From Spirochaetia bacterium (GTDB lineage Bacteria; Spirochaetota; Spirochaetia; SP-2023), in assembly GCA_965263295.1 (NCBI GenBank), contig OZ253665.1, forward strand, positions 1,440,001 through 1,504,000: 64,000 nt of DNA. Direction: 5' to 3'. Shown one piece after another: positions 20,131-30,407 of this stretch (the stretch's first letter is position 1; every line of letters begins with the position of its first letter). The notes below the pieces were generated by a model. It saw only the letters and a program-made list of their open reading frames with translations. It was not told the origin of the DNA and ran no database searches. The position numbers and the translations under genes are program-made.

Positions 20131-20682
20131 ATGAATTTTTTGGGGAAAATCAAAAAGATTTGCAACCGTAAAAAATGCCACAAGGCACGGGACCGAATAA
20201 ATATCAAAGAATTAAAAAAAATATTTATTCTAAATGAACTTAAAGGTAATGAAAGCTTTCTAGGTATCTTACTGAGTTATTGCCATATTTTAAAAGTGTA
20301 CAAAGGGGACATAATTTACCGCGAAGGCGATAACTCCAGCGCAATGTATATTGTGCTCAAAGGCACGGTCCGTATCTATAAACATACCAGCACAGGCGAA
20401 CAATTTCTGTTGACAGAGCTGCACGGCGATAAAGGTGGCTTCTTCGGCGAGATCGGCCTGATCCAATGCCAGAAGCGCAGTGCCAGTGTCCGGGCCGAAA
20501 CTGATGCCAAACTACTGGTACTGCCACGTAAGGATTTCATCCGCATGGCCAAGAAACAACCTTCCATTGCCATCGGTCTGGTCTTTTCAATCTGCCGAGT
20601 GTTGTCCGAGCGTCTGCAGCGCACCAATGACGATCTAAGCTACCTGTATGACGCCCTGGCCTACGAGGCCTCGGAATCCTAG
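20131..20682 (+). CDS. Stand-alone cyclic-nucleotide-binding domain protein
   Basis: IIYREGDNSSAMYIVLKGTVRI...GGFFGEIGL...RSASVRA. No HTH follows. Confidence 0.88.
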   Translation: MNFLGKIKKICNRKKCHKARDRINIKELKKIFILNELKGNESFLGILLSYCHILKVYKGDIIYREGDNSSAMYIVLKGTVRIYKHTSTGEQFLLTELHGDKGGFFGEIGLIQCQKRSASVRAETDAKLLVLPRKDFIRMAKKQPSIAIGLVFSICRVLSERLQRTNDDLSYLYDALAYEASES

Positions 20683-20697
20683 GCAGGACTGCCACTA

Positions 20698-21879
20698 ATG
20701 GAAAACAGACCTTACCCTAAAGATCACGACAAGTTCGCGCTTCAAGGCCGCAGCTTCAGACAGCAGCAGCGAACTGAGCGACACCGACAGCAGCAAAAAA
20801 CACGGGTCGGCAAGTCGGCAAACAGACGCCGGCACAACGAGCCCGCAACTTCGTCCCTGCAAGATTACCCATATACACAAAAACAAGATAGATCAGCCAA
20901 TAGGCCGGATAGCAAAACGAGCTCTCTACAAGCCTGGGGCTATGAAGAAAGCGAACAGAATCATGCGAATGTTGCACAACCAAGCGGTCATGAAGCCCTA
21001 CTGTGGATTTGTTTTGTCATCTTACTGCTGCTGACTGTCGTATTCTCACAACACAGCTGGTTGAACTACTTTTTCCCGATCTCTAAACAACAGTTAAAAA
21101 TGGACGTCGAAGTATTGCGCAAACAATCAGATCGCGAGTTAGAGGGAGAACAACGACAAAAACGGGCGGCCCTGGCGGCAACGAAACTGTCTCCCGCTGG
21201 ATATGGTGCGCCCAATCAAAGCAAACAAGCTGTGACAACCGGAAAGCCTCGGCCACCAAAGGATGAGGCAACTGCCACCGGGCAAGACTCTAGCCTAGGA
21301 GACCAGGCTCAGAGTATTTTACGGCGCTTTGACCAGTTACTACGCCTTGACAATGAAGAGGGCAATGACACAGCGGAAACAGTCGACACGAAGTTTCGCG
21401 ATGTCCGGTTATTCTTTGTTCGCATTGGAGATGACGGTCAATTAGAAATTAAGAGTGTACTGCACAAAATCCACTTTGACTCAACTCCGCTGAGCCATAC
21501 CATTGAACAGCTACTCATTGGACCCAACCCTCAAGAAATCAACAAAGGCTTGCATTCAATGCTGCCACCCGATATGCAAATATTGAACATCCGTATTGTC
21601 AACGAGACAGCTTTTATTAACGTTAGCGAAGAATTCTACCAGATTGCCAAACTGCCCGCCGTTCTCCTGGCTGCCATTAAACAACTGGTATTTACCGTCA
21701 CCGAGTACCCGAATGTCAAAGCGTTGCGCATCCTTGTAGAAGGCCAACCTATTTTTGCCGAAAATCTGCCAGCCGGAATTGCCAAAGAGCTAAAAAGACT
21801 TAATATTCGCCTGAATTCCGAACTCCGCCGCGAAGATCTCTGGCAGGGGCAGATCGGTGATTTTGCTTTGGAACCTTAA
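20698..21879 (+). CDS. GerMN domain membrane protein
   Basis: Single TM and a C-terminal GerMN pattern (TIEQLLIGP...GLHSMLP...AFINVSEEF...QLVFTVTEYPNVKALRILVEG). Confidence 0.8.
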   Translation: MENRPYPKDHDKFALQGRSFRQQQRTERHRQQQKTRVGKSANRRRHNEPATSSLQDYPYTQKQDRSANRPDSKTSSLQAWGYEESEQNHANVAQPSGHEALLWICFVILLLLTVVFSQHSWLNYFFPISKQQLKMDVEVLRKQSDRELEGEQRQKRAALAATKLSPAGYGAPNQSKQAVTTGKPRPPKDEATATGQDSSLGDQAQSILRRFDQLLRLDNEEGNDTAETVDTKFRDVRLFFVRIGDDGQLEIKSVLHKIHFDSTPLSHTIEQLLIGPNPQEINKGLHSMLPPDMQILNIRIVNETAFINVSEEFYQIAKLPAVLLAAIKQLVFTVTEYPNVKALRILVEGQPIFAENLPAGIAKELKRLNIRLNSELRREDLWQGQIGDFALEP

Positions 21880-22128
21880 TCACGTAGCAACTTTTAAGCG
21901 CCGGCCTTTACCGAGACTCTACCAGTAATCTTTTTTTTATACTTCCTTTTTCTTGCCCATTGTCCCTTAATATGTAATAATAACGACCAAATTATTTACG
22001 TGGTAAAGGCTGAGGCTCAAGAATGTTTATAAGTTTAACATAAATTTTGCCATCTTTGATTGACCAGTCAATACTTAAGTAAGAAAATTTTTATTCGGGT
22101 TTGTTATCCCGGCGAATTGGATTGTTAG

Positions 22129-22761
22129 ATGCGGAATTTCTTCTTGATTCTTGGCCCGTTTTTATTATTTTTGCTATCTTTCCGCAGTAATGAAAATTTA
22201 CCGCCTGGCGTGCAAAAATTACATACCGAACATAATCTCAGCCTCCCACAGCAAATTGAAGTCCGGGAATTTGTTTGGCTCGGCTGCCTCCATTGTCGCA
22301 AGTTCCACAGCTCTTGGACAAAAATTAAGGAACAGTTTGGGGATAGAGCCAACTTTCTCACAGTTCCCGCCGTTTTTGATAACTGGTACTTTGACGCCCG
22401 CATATTTGTCAGCATGGAACAGTTGGGCCTAATTGACGATGAACTAATGGCCAATTACCTGGAGGCCCGCCAGGGAAATGATGCCCCCACGTTGAGCCGC
22501 GATCCCAAAGCTGTAGCCAAATGGTTGACACAGCACTATGACGTCTCGCAACAAGCCTTTCTAAATATGTTTCAGTCTGATGCAGTAGACAGTAAGTTAC
22601 TACAGCTTAAAAGTATACAACAGCAATATCCAATTGATGCAGTACCTGCTGTGCTAATCAGCGTTCCAGATAGTCAAACCACTTATTTTGTGCCATTTGA
22701 GCAATTAGCCAGTACATCTGAAGCCATTGTCAACTTATTGCAACAATTGTTACCCAAATAA
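22129..22761 (+). CDS. dsbA: Thiol:disulfide interchange protein, DsbA family
   Basis: Signal peptide, EFVWLGCLHC (CXXC) and cis-Pro loop AVPA. Confidence 0.82.
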   Translation: MRNFFLILGPFLLFLLSFRSNENLPPGVQKLHTEHNLSLPQQIEVREFVWLGCLHCRKFHSSWTKIKEQFGDRANFLTVPAVFDNWYFDARIFVSMEQLGLIDDELMANYLEARQGNDAPTLSRDPKAVAKWLTQHYDVSQQAFLNMFQSDAVDSKLLQLKSIQQQYPIDAVPAVLISVPDSQTTYFVPFEQLASTSEAIVNLLQQLLPK

Positions 22762-22824
22762 CTAAAATTCAGTAATAAGATATGTGCAATGAACAAAATA
22801 ACTGACCTTGCCTGAGGTAGCGCA

Positions 22825-23865
22825 ATGCAAAAAAGATTGAGACAATTTATAGAAAAAGTGGTAAAGGCTGAAATTCATTTACATCTTGAAGGTTGCGTGC
22901 AGTTGGACACCCTGTGGCAACTGTACCAAAAAAATGACGTTAATATTGATGGAGTATCCAGCAAAGAAGACCTCTTCAAGCTTTATCAAATTGAAAACCT
23001 CGACGAGTTTGTGCATTTTTTTATAAATGTAGTGCAAAAGTGTTTTTGCACAGCGGAAGACATAAAATACTATTTTATAGACTTAAAAGATTATATGAAA
23101 AGAAATAATGTGCGCTATGCCGAATTGTTTTTCTCTCCTACCAAGCTGATTCTTCAGGGAGTCCCATACAATGATATTGTCGATAGGCTGGAACAAGGGA
23201 GCAATGAAATGGCAGCTCAAGGCTACGTATGCCAGTTTTTAATTGATGTCTCGCGCAGTTTTGGCCCCGAAAATGCGATGAATAATCTGAATATGCTTCT
23301 GGCCAATCCTCGTCCGTCTATTATTGGTATTGGCCTGGGAGGCAACGAGCAAAAAGGCCCCGCCCGAGACTACCGGGAAGTTTTCGTCAAAGCCCGCAAA
23401 CACGATCTGCACTGTGTCGCCCATGCCGGTGAAGATGCCGGGCCAGCATCCATCTGGGACAGTATAGATTTATTGAACGTCGAACGCATTGGGCACGGTA
23501 CCAGCGCCATGATTGATCCCAAACTGCGCAATGAGATCAAGCAGCGCAACATACCACTCGAAATTTGTGTGACCAGTAATACTTTTACAAAACAATTCGT
23601 CTCCCAAGCATCGGCACACCCAGTCCGCCTGTTTTACGACGAGGGCCTCCCCCTCACCTTGAACTCCGACGATCCCACTTTCTTTCATTCCGAAATAAAA
23701 GACGAGTACTACCTGTTAATACAACAATGTGGTTTTACTGCTCAAGAGTTGCTGCAAATTATGGAAAATAATGTGAAAATGAGTTTTATGCCTCAGGAAA
23801 GCAAGCAAATTTTTATTGAGAGCATCCTGCATACCGCCCGACAATACAAAATTATACAAGCATAG
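22825..23865 (+). CDS. add: Adenosine/adenine deaminase
   Basis: KAEIHLHLEG, VAHAGE, ERIGHG, LEICVTSN and NSDDP. Confidence 0.92.
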   Translation: MQKRLRQFIEKVVKAEIHLHLEGCVQLDTLWQLYQKNDVNIDGVSSKEDLFKLYQIENLDEFVHFFINVVQKCFCTAEDIKYYFIDLKDYMKRNNVRYAELFFSPTKLILQGVPYNDIVDRLEQGSNEMAAQGYVCQFLIDVSRSFGPENAMNNLNMLLANPRPSIIGIGLGGNEQKGPARDYREVFVKARKHDLHCVAHAGEDAGPASIWDSIDLLNVERIGHGTSAMIDPKLRNEIKQRNIPLEICVTSNTFTKQFVSQASAHPVRLFYDEGLPLTLNSDDPTFFHSEIKDEYYLLIQQCGFTAQELLQIMENNVKMSFMPQESKQIFIESILHTARQYKIIQA

Positions 23866-23894
23866 AAAAACAGCAAAAATATAGCAAAATATTT

Positions 23895-24482
23895 ATGGAT
23901 GGCAATCAAATCGACAAACTATTGCGCAAGTGGCGCAAAAAATCCTTATGGTCGCTGGTCGGCGCAGAAAGCCTTTGCCAAGAATTCCTCTTTGGCGCGG
24001 CTGAAATACACAAGCTGCTGCCGCATCGCAGTCCATTCCTTTTTTGCCAGCAACTGAGCCGCTTTGCCGACGTCGGACTGCCTGACAGTACGAGCGGCCT
24101 GCTTTGTGGCCACAGTGTGCTTTCTGCTGAAGATCCAGTATTTGGCGGCCATTTCCCCGATTTTCCCGTCTATCCGGGGGTATTACAGCTGGAAATGCTC
24201 GGGCAGCTGGCCCTCTGCCTCGGCTATTTCCAGCAGCAACGAGAACGGCTAGTCTGGAACCAGGCGTTGCTCGCCCCTCAAGATTCGCAAACTCTGAAGA
24301 TCCGCGCCAGCAAGGTTCTTGGCGCCCATTATCTGCGGCCGGCCCGGCCCGGCCAGACTTTGGAACTCTTGGTCTGTCAGCTGGGCAAAAGCGACGGCCT
24401 TTTCGCCCAAATGTTGGGGCAGGTGCTCCTCGATGGCCAAGTGGCGACGATCTGTGCCCAGGAAGTCTGTTTCGTGGACTAG
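23895..24482 (+). CDS. fabZ: 3-hydroxyacyl-ACP dehydratase, FabZ/FabA family
   Basis: LLPHRSPFLF and FGGHFPDFPVYPGVLQLEMLGQ. Confidence 0.85.
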   Translation: MDGNQIDKLLRKWRKKSLWSLVGAESLCQEFLFGAAEIHKLLPHRSPFLFCQQLSRFADVGLPDSTSGLLCGHSVLSAEDPVFGGHFPDFPVYPGVLQLEMLGQLALCLGYFQQQRERLVWNQALLAPQDSQTLKIRASKVLGAHYLRPARPGQTLELLVCQLGKSDGLFAQMLGQVLLDGQVATICAQEVCFVD

Positions 24483-24558
24483 AGCGACAAAATCACCTAG
24501 AAAACCGCAACCCTAACGTTGCCAAGGCCCGCCAGCCTGACTATGCTCAGCTGCGACA

Positions 24559-26178
24559 ATGAAATACAGAATTAGCGGGGCGGCATTGCTTTTAGGCTTG
24601 GCCATGTACCTGTGCCCCTCTTTTCTGACGGCCCAGCACCCCAGCGCTTCCTATCGCACCGCCAAAAGCCCGATGTTGGGCGAACTGGTTGGCCAAGAGC
24701 TACCCGCCTACAACCCGGCACTCCTGGCCCTGGGCATTGACCCTTTGCGTGAAGACTTGCCACGCCGCTTTCACCTGCGCTTTTTGGACATGATGAGTTC
24801 CTACTGGCTCCTCTCTGAAATCTTTGTCACCGATACCCCCAGTTTTGAGCAAGCTTTAAGCTCCCGAATGCCAGCACTGGTCGACGGACTCAGCGTCACT
24901 TTCACCGACCTTTCCTCGCGCTCCCAGATGTATCGGGAGGCCCTGCAGTCCTATTATCAAGATAAACAAAATCCCAAAAAAATCGATGTAACAGACGTTG
25001 CGGCAACATTGGAAAAGCCAGGATTTGTTTTTTTGAGCCGGGCGGAGATTGAACGTGCCCCCGCCTTTAAAAAATACAAAGAACGCTTGGAAGGAGATGC
25101 CCAGACGCTGCTCGAAAACATGGGTAAAATTATCGGTGACATCGGCATAGAATACCTGCAAGACCAGTCGTTCTTCCACAGCCAGGCCTATGCCCAGCTC
25201 TTTGACATTGAGTTTTTGCTGGGCCGGCAGGCGGCGCTGGGTCTGGGCGTCAATGTCCGCGACCACATCGATGTCGCCGACGACTTTAGCGGCTTCCACG
25301 TCGATGTCGGGCGCCTGACTTTACCCGCAATGAACATGAGTATTCCCAACTGGGAGGACGGATTCCCGGCACAGAAGGACCTCTTAATGGCCACCATAGG
25401 CCTGGCGACGGCAAACTATGTCGATAGATTGACCCATTCGCTCAGTGCGGAACAATTGGGCACACTGGTGCTGCGTTCGATGTTTGAACAGTCTTTTATC
25501 AACCTTTACCATGTGGTCGAACCCAACCTGCGCTTCTCTTTTGGCGTGCCTGTGAACCATTGGCTGTATTTGGGCAGCCGGCTCAAAGGCCACTTGCTGT
25601 GGGGTATGGACAACCTGATGATAGACCCCGACGCGCTCGACTTGAGTGAACCGATCAAATTAGCTCAATTTATGTATAATCCAGTCAACTACCAGCTTGG
25701 CGTTCACGCCGGCTGGGATATCAGCTTACTGGCCCAGCCCTTGGACTGGTTGAGCCTCAGCCTTATGGTCAGCGATGTCGTCGGCATTGCCCCCAGCGAG
25801 CAAAATGCTTCGCAGGACTACTGGGGAGACCCCTACTACCCGATTGATCTGCAACTGGGCAGCTTTGCCCAATTCCCCCTCGATCACGGCCTCCACATAG
25901 GGTTTGGCGCGGACGTGTACGAGATCATCAGTATGCTGGCAAAGCGGCCCCAACGTTTCAACCCCAGCCGTGAGCTGGAGTTTGTCGACCGCCTGCGGTT
26001 CAAGTTTGAACTCGACTATATGGACCAATTTCGCCTGATGCTGCACTATTGGCACCAGGCCTTCGGCCTGGAATTACAGCTTGATTTTTTAACTTTTCAC
26101 CCTAGTATTGGCGTCGATATCAATTTTGATCTGTCAGACATCCGCGTCAACTTGAATATCCTGAATTTTACCAGTTAA
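24559..26178 (+). CDS. Exported hypothetical protein, possible outer-membrane beta-barrel
   Basis: Signal peptide, with alternating hydrophobic/polar strands in the C-terminal half. Confidence 0.6.
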   Translation: MKYRISGAALLLGLAMYLCPSFLTAQHPSASYRTAKSPMLGELVGQELPAYNPALLALGIDPLREDLPRRFHLRFLDMMSSYWLLSEIFVTDTPSFEQALSSRMPALVDGLSVTFTDLSSRSQMYREALQSYYQDKQNPKKIDVTDVAATLEKPGFVFLSRAEIERAPAFKKYKERLEGDAQTLLENMGKIIGDIGIEYLQDQSFFHSQAYAQLFDIEFLLGRQAALGLGVNVRDHIDVADDFSGFHVDVGRLTLPAMNMSIPNWEDGFPAQKDLLMATIGLATANYVDRLTHSLSAEQLGTLVLRSMFEQSFINLYHVVEPNLRFSFGVPVNHWLYLGSRLKGHLLWGMDNLMIDPDALDLSEPIKLAQFMYNPVNYQLGVHAGWDISLLAQPLDWLSLSLMVSDVVGIAPSEQNASQDYWGDPYYPIDLQLGSFAQFPLDHGLHIGFGADVYEIISMLAKRPQRFNPSRELEFVDRLRFKFELDYMDQFRLMLHYWHQAFGLELQLDFLTFHPSIGVDINFDLSDIRVNLNILNFTS

Positions 26179-26242
26179 AGATAGTGCCAGCTGCAGCTTC
26201 GCTGCAGTTCCAGCCCAGATTTAATCCAGTACGAACCCAAGC

Positions 26243-27583
26243 CTAGCCAATACTTTCTTGCAGAGTTGCGCCGCTAAAACGCCGGCGCTTGCGCCGGACC
26301 TCACTGTAAATGCTGCGCTTGCCCAGCAGCTCCAGCGGATTGAGAAAATATTGGATACTGATATTCAAGGCATGTAATAACTGTATTTCCGGGAAAGCGA
26401 TTGAGCTGTAACGGATTGGATCATCTGGTTGAAAATCTTGCAAGATATGGTAGGTCACATCTGGGTACAAGACGCTAGGAAAAAAGCGCAACGAGTAACC
26501 CAAGTATACGCGGAAACCGGTCATTTCAAAATAAACCCCCAAAGAAGTCGTAAACTTAGTATTAAGCTGATTACTGATAGTATTAAAACTCTCTTGGACA
26601 GAGTATCTCGGCGTCGGATCCGCGTCAGTATCTGTAATTGAACTGGGCAAGGAAGGCTGGGCTAGTCTCAGGCTTTCGCCCGTAATGAGCCCCAGAGCAA
26701 GCGACCCAGCCAGCCGCAATCCCAGCACAGTTTTGGCTCTGCTGTTCAGCACCCATGGAAGCAATAATGCCATTCCCATTTCATAGAATACTAGATCCCT
26801 CTGGTACTGAATGGCATAAGGAGCCTGCCGTTCAATCTCACCATATTGCCTTTCTGCACCAATCGTCTTCAACGGGCTAAGGAATGCGTCTGTCTGGTAG
26901 CCCAGGCCCAGACTAATTTCTAGGTTCTGCGTCAGGTGTAGGATTGCACTGACCTCATAATAATTATTAAAAATCGGAATCGTTTTTCTGCCCGGTGTGG
27001 CATCGGTAATACTCTGGCTGAACACGTAAGGCGTAGGTACACTTTGAGCACTTTCCAAGTCACCTATATTTAGAAAATTATTGATGCCGATATAGGCGTC
27101 AAACGCGAGGCCGAAACGGAACTCGCGGTTAAAACGGTTCTTGTCCCTTCTATCTTGTTTTCTCAGAATTTTAGCCTGCTCTTCGCGGTAACGTTGCTGC
27201 AGCTCTTTTTCCTCAGGACTCAATGGCAGCGCCGGATTCTTTGATATTGGGCGCTCCGAAGGATCAATCGCGTAATCATCATTGAACTTATAACCAAAAC
27301 TGCCTGCAAGAGGCGGCTTGGGGTAATCTCGCAGCTCCTCTTCGCTCTGCCTCTGATTGCGCACATGAAATATATCTTGCAGAAATTGTCCTAAACTATC
27401 TGGACTCTGCTCCCCGTCTTGGGTCCTGTCTTGGATCCTATCTTGGGTCCTGTCCTGGTTGCCGTCTTGCGCATACAAAGCCGCTGCCGGCAAAAACAAG
27501 CTGAGAGACAGGCAATGCAATAGAAGCCAGAAAGTCCAGCTGAAGTGCCAAAACCTTTGGCAAAAATGGAAGGCCCCAGCCAA
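26243..27583 (-). CDS. Exported hypothetical protein, possible outer-membrane beta-barrel
   Basis: Signal peptide ending ALYA-QD, QD(R/G) repeats, and amphipathic aromatic-rich strands. Confidence 0.6.
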   Translation of the reverse strand: MAGAFHFCQRFWHFSWTFWLLLHCLSLSLFLPAAALYAQDGNQDRTQDRIQDRTQDGEQSPDSLGQFLQDIFHVRNQRQSEEELRDYPKPPLAGSFGYKFNDDYAIDPSERPISKNPALPLSPEEKELQQRYREEQAKILRKQDRRDKNRFNREFRFGLAFDAYIGINNFLNIGDLESAQSVPTPYVFSQSITDATPGRKTIPIFNNYYEVSAILHLTQNLEISLGLGYQTDAFLSPLKTIGAERQYGEIERQAPYAIQYQRDLVFYEMGMALLLPWVLNSRAKTVLGLRLAGSLALGLITGESLRLAQPSLPSSITDTDADPTPRYSVQESFNTISNQLNTKFTTSLGVYFEMTGFRVYLGYSLRFFPSVLYPDVTYHILQDFQPDDPIRYSSIAFPEIQLLHALNISIQYFLNPLELLGKRSIYSEVRRKRRRFSGATLQESIG

Positions 27584-28354
27584 TTACACTGAGACCTGCG
27601 GCAGATATGGCTTCAAGTGAGCCAAGCCACTCAAGGCCGCAAAAGTTCGCAGTAGCCCCTCCCTTTCCGGCCTTTTAGCCATGTACGGCAGAGTTCCCAG
27701 GCAGGGAACGCCGCTAAGCTGACTAATAATCTGAGGATTATCTGCGCGAATATAGCCAGATGCTTTGCTGCAAGGCGCGATATCATTTAGCAGGAAGCCG
27801 GCGACAGGCAGACCTCGACGACGGATGGCCTCCAAACTCAAGCAAATATCACTGATGGCCCCCAAACCGCTGTGGCCGACCAGAATTACGGGAAGCCCCA
27901 GCCTTTCAGTAATATCCGCTACCAGCATACCCTTCTCACGGTCGATCGGCACATAAAAGCCACCGGCGCCTTCTACTAGTAAAATGTCACAGTATCCATC
28001 CATTTGCCCTAATTTTTGCGCGCAATTTACTACATGTTGTACGTCCACATATGGCCGGCCATCAAATTCCGCAGCCAAGTGCGGCGAGCAGGCCTTCTGA
28101 TAGCAGTACGGCTGCAATAAAGGTAGGTGCGCTTGTAAATCGCGGTATACCTCGTCTTCAGTCGGAGTTTGCCGGTAATCTAAAGAGTAGATTGAATACA
28201 AGTCCGGGCTTAATTTTTTCCCTTCCATGCCCGTCTGTACTGATTTCATCGCCAGGCAGTCAAAGCCCTCTCGCTTTAGCCACAGTCGCAATGCGCCAGT
28301 GACGAAAGTCTTTCCGCGATCGGTATTGGTTGCCGTGACAAAAAAACCGTGCAT
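27584..28354 (-). CDS. bioD: Dethiobiotin synthetase
   Basis: FFVTATNTDRGKT, MKSVQTG, SPHLAA and LLVEGAGG. Confidence 0.95.
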   Translation of the reverse strand: MHGFFVTATNTDRGKTFVTGALRLWLKREGFDCLAMKSVQTGMEGKKLSPDLYSIYSLDYRQTPTEDEVYRDLQAHLPLLQPYCYQKACSPHLAAEFDGRPYVDVQHVVNCAQKLGQMDGYCDILLVEGAGGFYVPIDREKGMLVADITERLGLPVILVGHSGLGAISDICLSLEAIRRRGLPVAGFLLNDIAPCSKASGYIRADNPQIISQLSGVPCLGTLPYMAKRPEREGLLRTFAALSGLAHLKPYLPQVSV

Positions 28355-28355
28355 A

Positions 28356-29189
28356 TTAACACCTTTCTACCGCCAGCAAAAGGACTCGATAGTCTAGTTG
28401 CAAGCTTTCAGACTGCCGCAAGCGATTTAGATCAATAAAGCCGAGCCCTGTGCCCCCCCGTGCGGCATGCCCATCTCCCGTTATGCCCCCATATACAGCC
28501 AGAGGGGCACGCGCTGTGTGCGCTCCCGCCTGTTTAATAGCGGCAAGGGCTTCATAGGCATTTTGATATTCGACATAAAAATATTGCTCTTTTAGCTCCA
28601 TGCCCGGCAAATCGCGGGCTAGCTTCTGAAAATCGCTCAGCTGCGGCAGGGGATAGAGCGCCAGCTCCCGGGCACAGATTCGGCGCACACATTGAAACAG
28701 TTCGGCCAAGCTGCCGCACAATGGCAACGCGACAGCCAGACACCCTCCTGGACGCAACGCAGCATACAAGCGATGTAATAATAGAGCCGGCTGTTGGCAC
28801 CACTGCAGGGCAAAATTTGAAATAATCAAGTCATAAGCATCTGCAGCATAAGCAAAACTTTCGGCATCGCCACAGCAAAGCCGAGCTCGCGGAAATTGTT
28901 TGCGCGTTTGTTCAAGCATCAGTGGCGCAAAATCAATACCGTGCAATCGCCAAACCGCAAAATTGGTCGTGCCAAAGTGACGCTGCGCCACGCGAAAAAG
29001 ACGGCCTGTGCCGACGCCGATATCCAGTAAGGATGGCTCACTTGAATGCGGGAAAAAAGCCCCTAGATTTGCAAACAATGCTTCCGCGCTCTGTTGCTGC
29101 ACTGGAGTTGCCGCATCATAGCTTGCGGCAGCACGGGAAAAATGCCGGGCAATTTGCCCTTTCTGCCTTGCCTTATCACCCATCATCAA
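28356..29189 (-). CDS. bioC: Malonyl-ACP O-methyltransferase
   Basis: IARHFSRAAASYD, LDIGVGTG and DLIISNFALQW; adjacent to bioD. Confidence 0.9.
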   Translation of the reverse strand: MMMGDKARQKGQIARHFSRAAASYDAATPVQQQSAEALFANLGAFFPHSSEPSLLDIGVGTGRLFRVAQRHFGTTNFAVWRLHGIDFAPLMLEQTRKQFPRARLCCGDAESFAYAADAYDLIISNFALQWCQQPALLLHRLYAALRPGGCLAVALPLCGSLAELFQCVRRICARELALYPLPQLSDFQKLARDLPGMELKEQYFYVEYQNAYEALAAIKQAGAHTARAPLAVYGGITGDGHAARGGTGLGFIDLNRLRQSESLQLDYRVLLLAVERC

Positions 29190-29237
29190 GCCTGCAGGCT
29201 TCGCGTTAAAAACAGATGGCCAAACCGATGGCAGAGC

Positions 29238-30371
29238 TCAGATACTCTTCTCGCTATTGGGGCCACCCTCCCGCACAGATTGAACAGACCAAGCAGATAA
29301 AGAAGGCAGCGTTCGTTGCAACGGCAAGCCCAGCCTCACCTTTTCCATGTCATGTTGCACCATCAGCTTAACCAGATCGCCGAGATTCATCCGCGGGCGC
29401 CAAGCCAGTTTCTGTCTCGCCTTTGTTGCATCGCCAATTAACAGGTCCACCTCCGTCGGGCGAAAATAGTTAGAAGATACTTGTACACGCAGCACTCCGT
29501 TCTGATCATAAGCTCTCTCGGCCACCCCCCTGCCCCGCCAGTTCAGTTCCATCCCAGCTTCACGAAAGGCCAATTGGCAAAAATCACGCACCGTGGTAGT
29601 CTCACCCGTGGCAATCACAAAGTCTTCGGGTTCATCTTGCTGTAACATTAGCCACATAGCCTCGACGTAGTCGCCGGCAAAACCCCAGTCACGCTTGGCA
29701 TCCAAATTGCCCAGCGTCAACGTTTGCTGTTTGCCCGCAGCGATCTGCGCTGCGGCAATGGTGATTTTACGCGTCACAAAAGTCTCGCCCCGGCGCGGGC
29801 TTTCGTGATTGAACAGAATACCGTTAACGGCATACAAGCCATAGGCTTCCCGGTAGTTAACCGTCATCCAGTAACCATACAACTTGGCCGCGGCATAGGG
29901 ACTGAGCGGATAGAATGGCGTCGTTTCACGCTGTGGCACTTCCTGTACCCGGCCATAGAGCTCACTGGTTGCGGCCTGATAAAAACGGCATTGCTTTTCC
30001 ATATGCAGCAAGCGCAGCGCCTCAAGCAGGCGCAGGACGCCAACGCCGTCCGCGTTGGCTGTATATTCTGGCATTTCGAACGAAACTTTAACATGACTTT
30101 GCGCCGCCAGGTTATAAATTTCATCCGGGCGAATTTGCTGCACCAAATGCATTAAGGTTGTACTGTCATTCATATCGCCATAATGCAGAAAAAAAGGTTG
30201 GCCCTTGCGCTGGGCCTCCTCAAAAATATGGTCGATACGGTCGGTGTTGTACGACGAAGCGCGACGCTTGAGACCGTGAACTGCGTATCCCTTGGCCAAT
30301 AAAAATTCTGTTAGATACGCTCCGTCTTGACCGGTAACTCCTGTGATAAAGGCGATTTTCTCTTCAGCCAT
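29238..30371 (-). CDS. gmd: GDP-mannose 4,6-dehydratase
   Basis: [30 protein letters not shown] and [16 protein letters not shown]. Confidence 0.97.
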   Translation of the reverse strand: MAEEKIAFITGVTGQDGAYLTEFLLAKGYAVHGLKRRASSYNTDRIDHIFEEAQRKGQPFFLHYGDMNDSTTLMHLVQQIRPDEIYNLAAQSHVKVSFEMPEYTANADGVGVLRLLEALRLLHMEKQCRFYQAATSELYGRVQEVPQRETTPFYPLSPYAAAKLYGYWMTVNYREAYGLYAVNGILFNHESPRRGETFVTRKITIAAAQIAAGKQQTLTLGNLDAKRDWGFAGDYVEAMWLMLQQDEPEDFVIATGETTTVRDFCQLAFREAGMELNWRGRGVAERAYDQNGVLRVQVSSNYFRPTEVDLLIGDATKARQKLAWRPRMNLGDLVKLMVQHDMEKVRLGLPLQRTLPSLSAWSVQSVREGGPNSEKSI

Positions 30372-30407
30372 TACTTTTCCCTCAATGTTATATCTTCAAT
30401 CCAAGTC

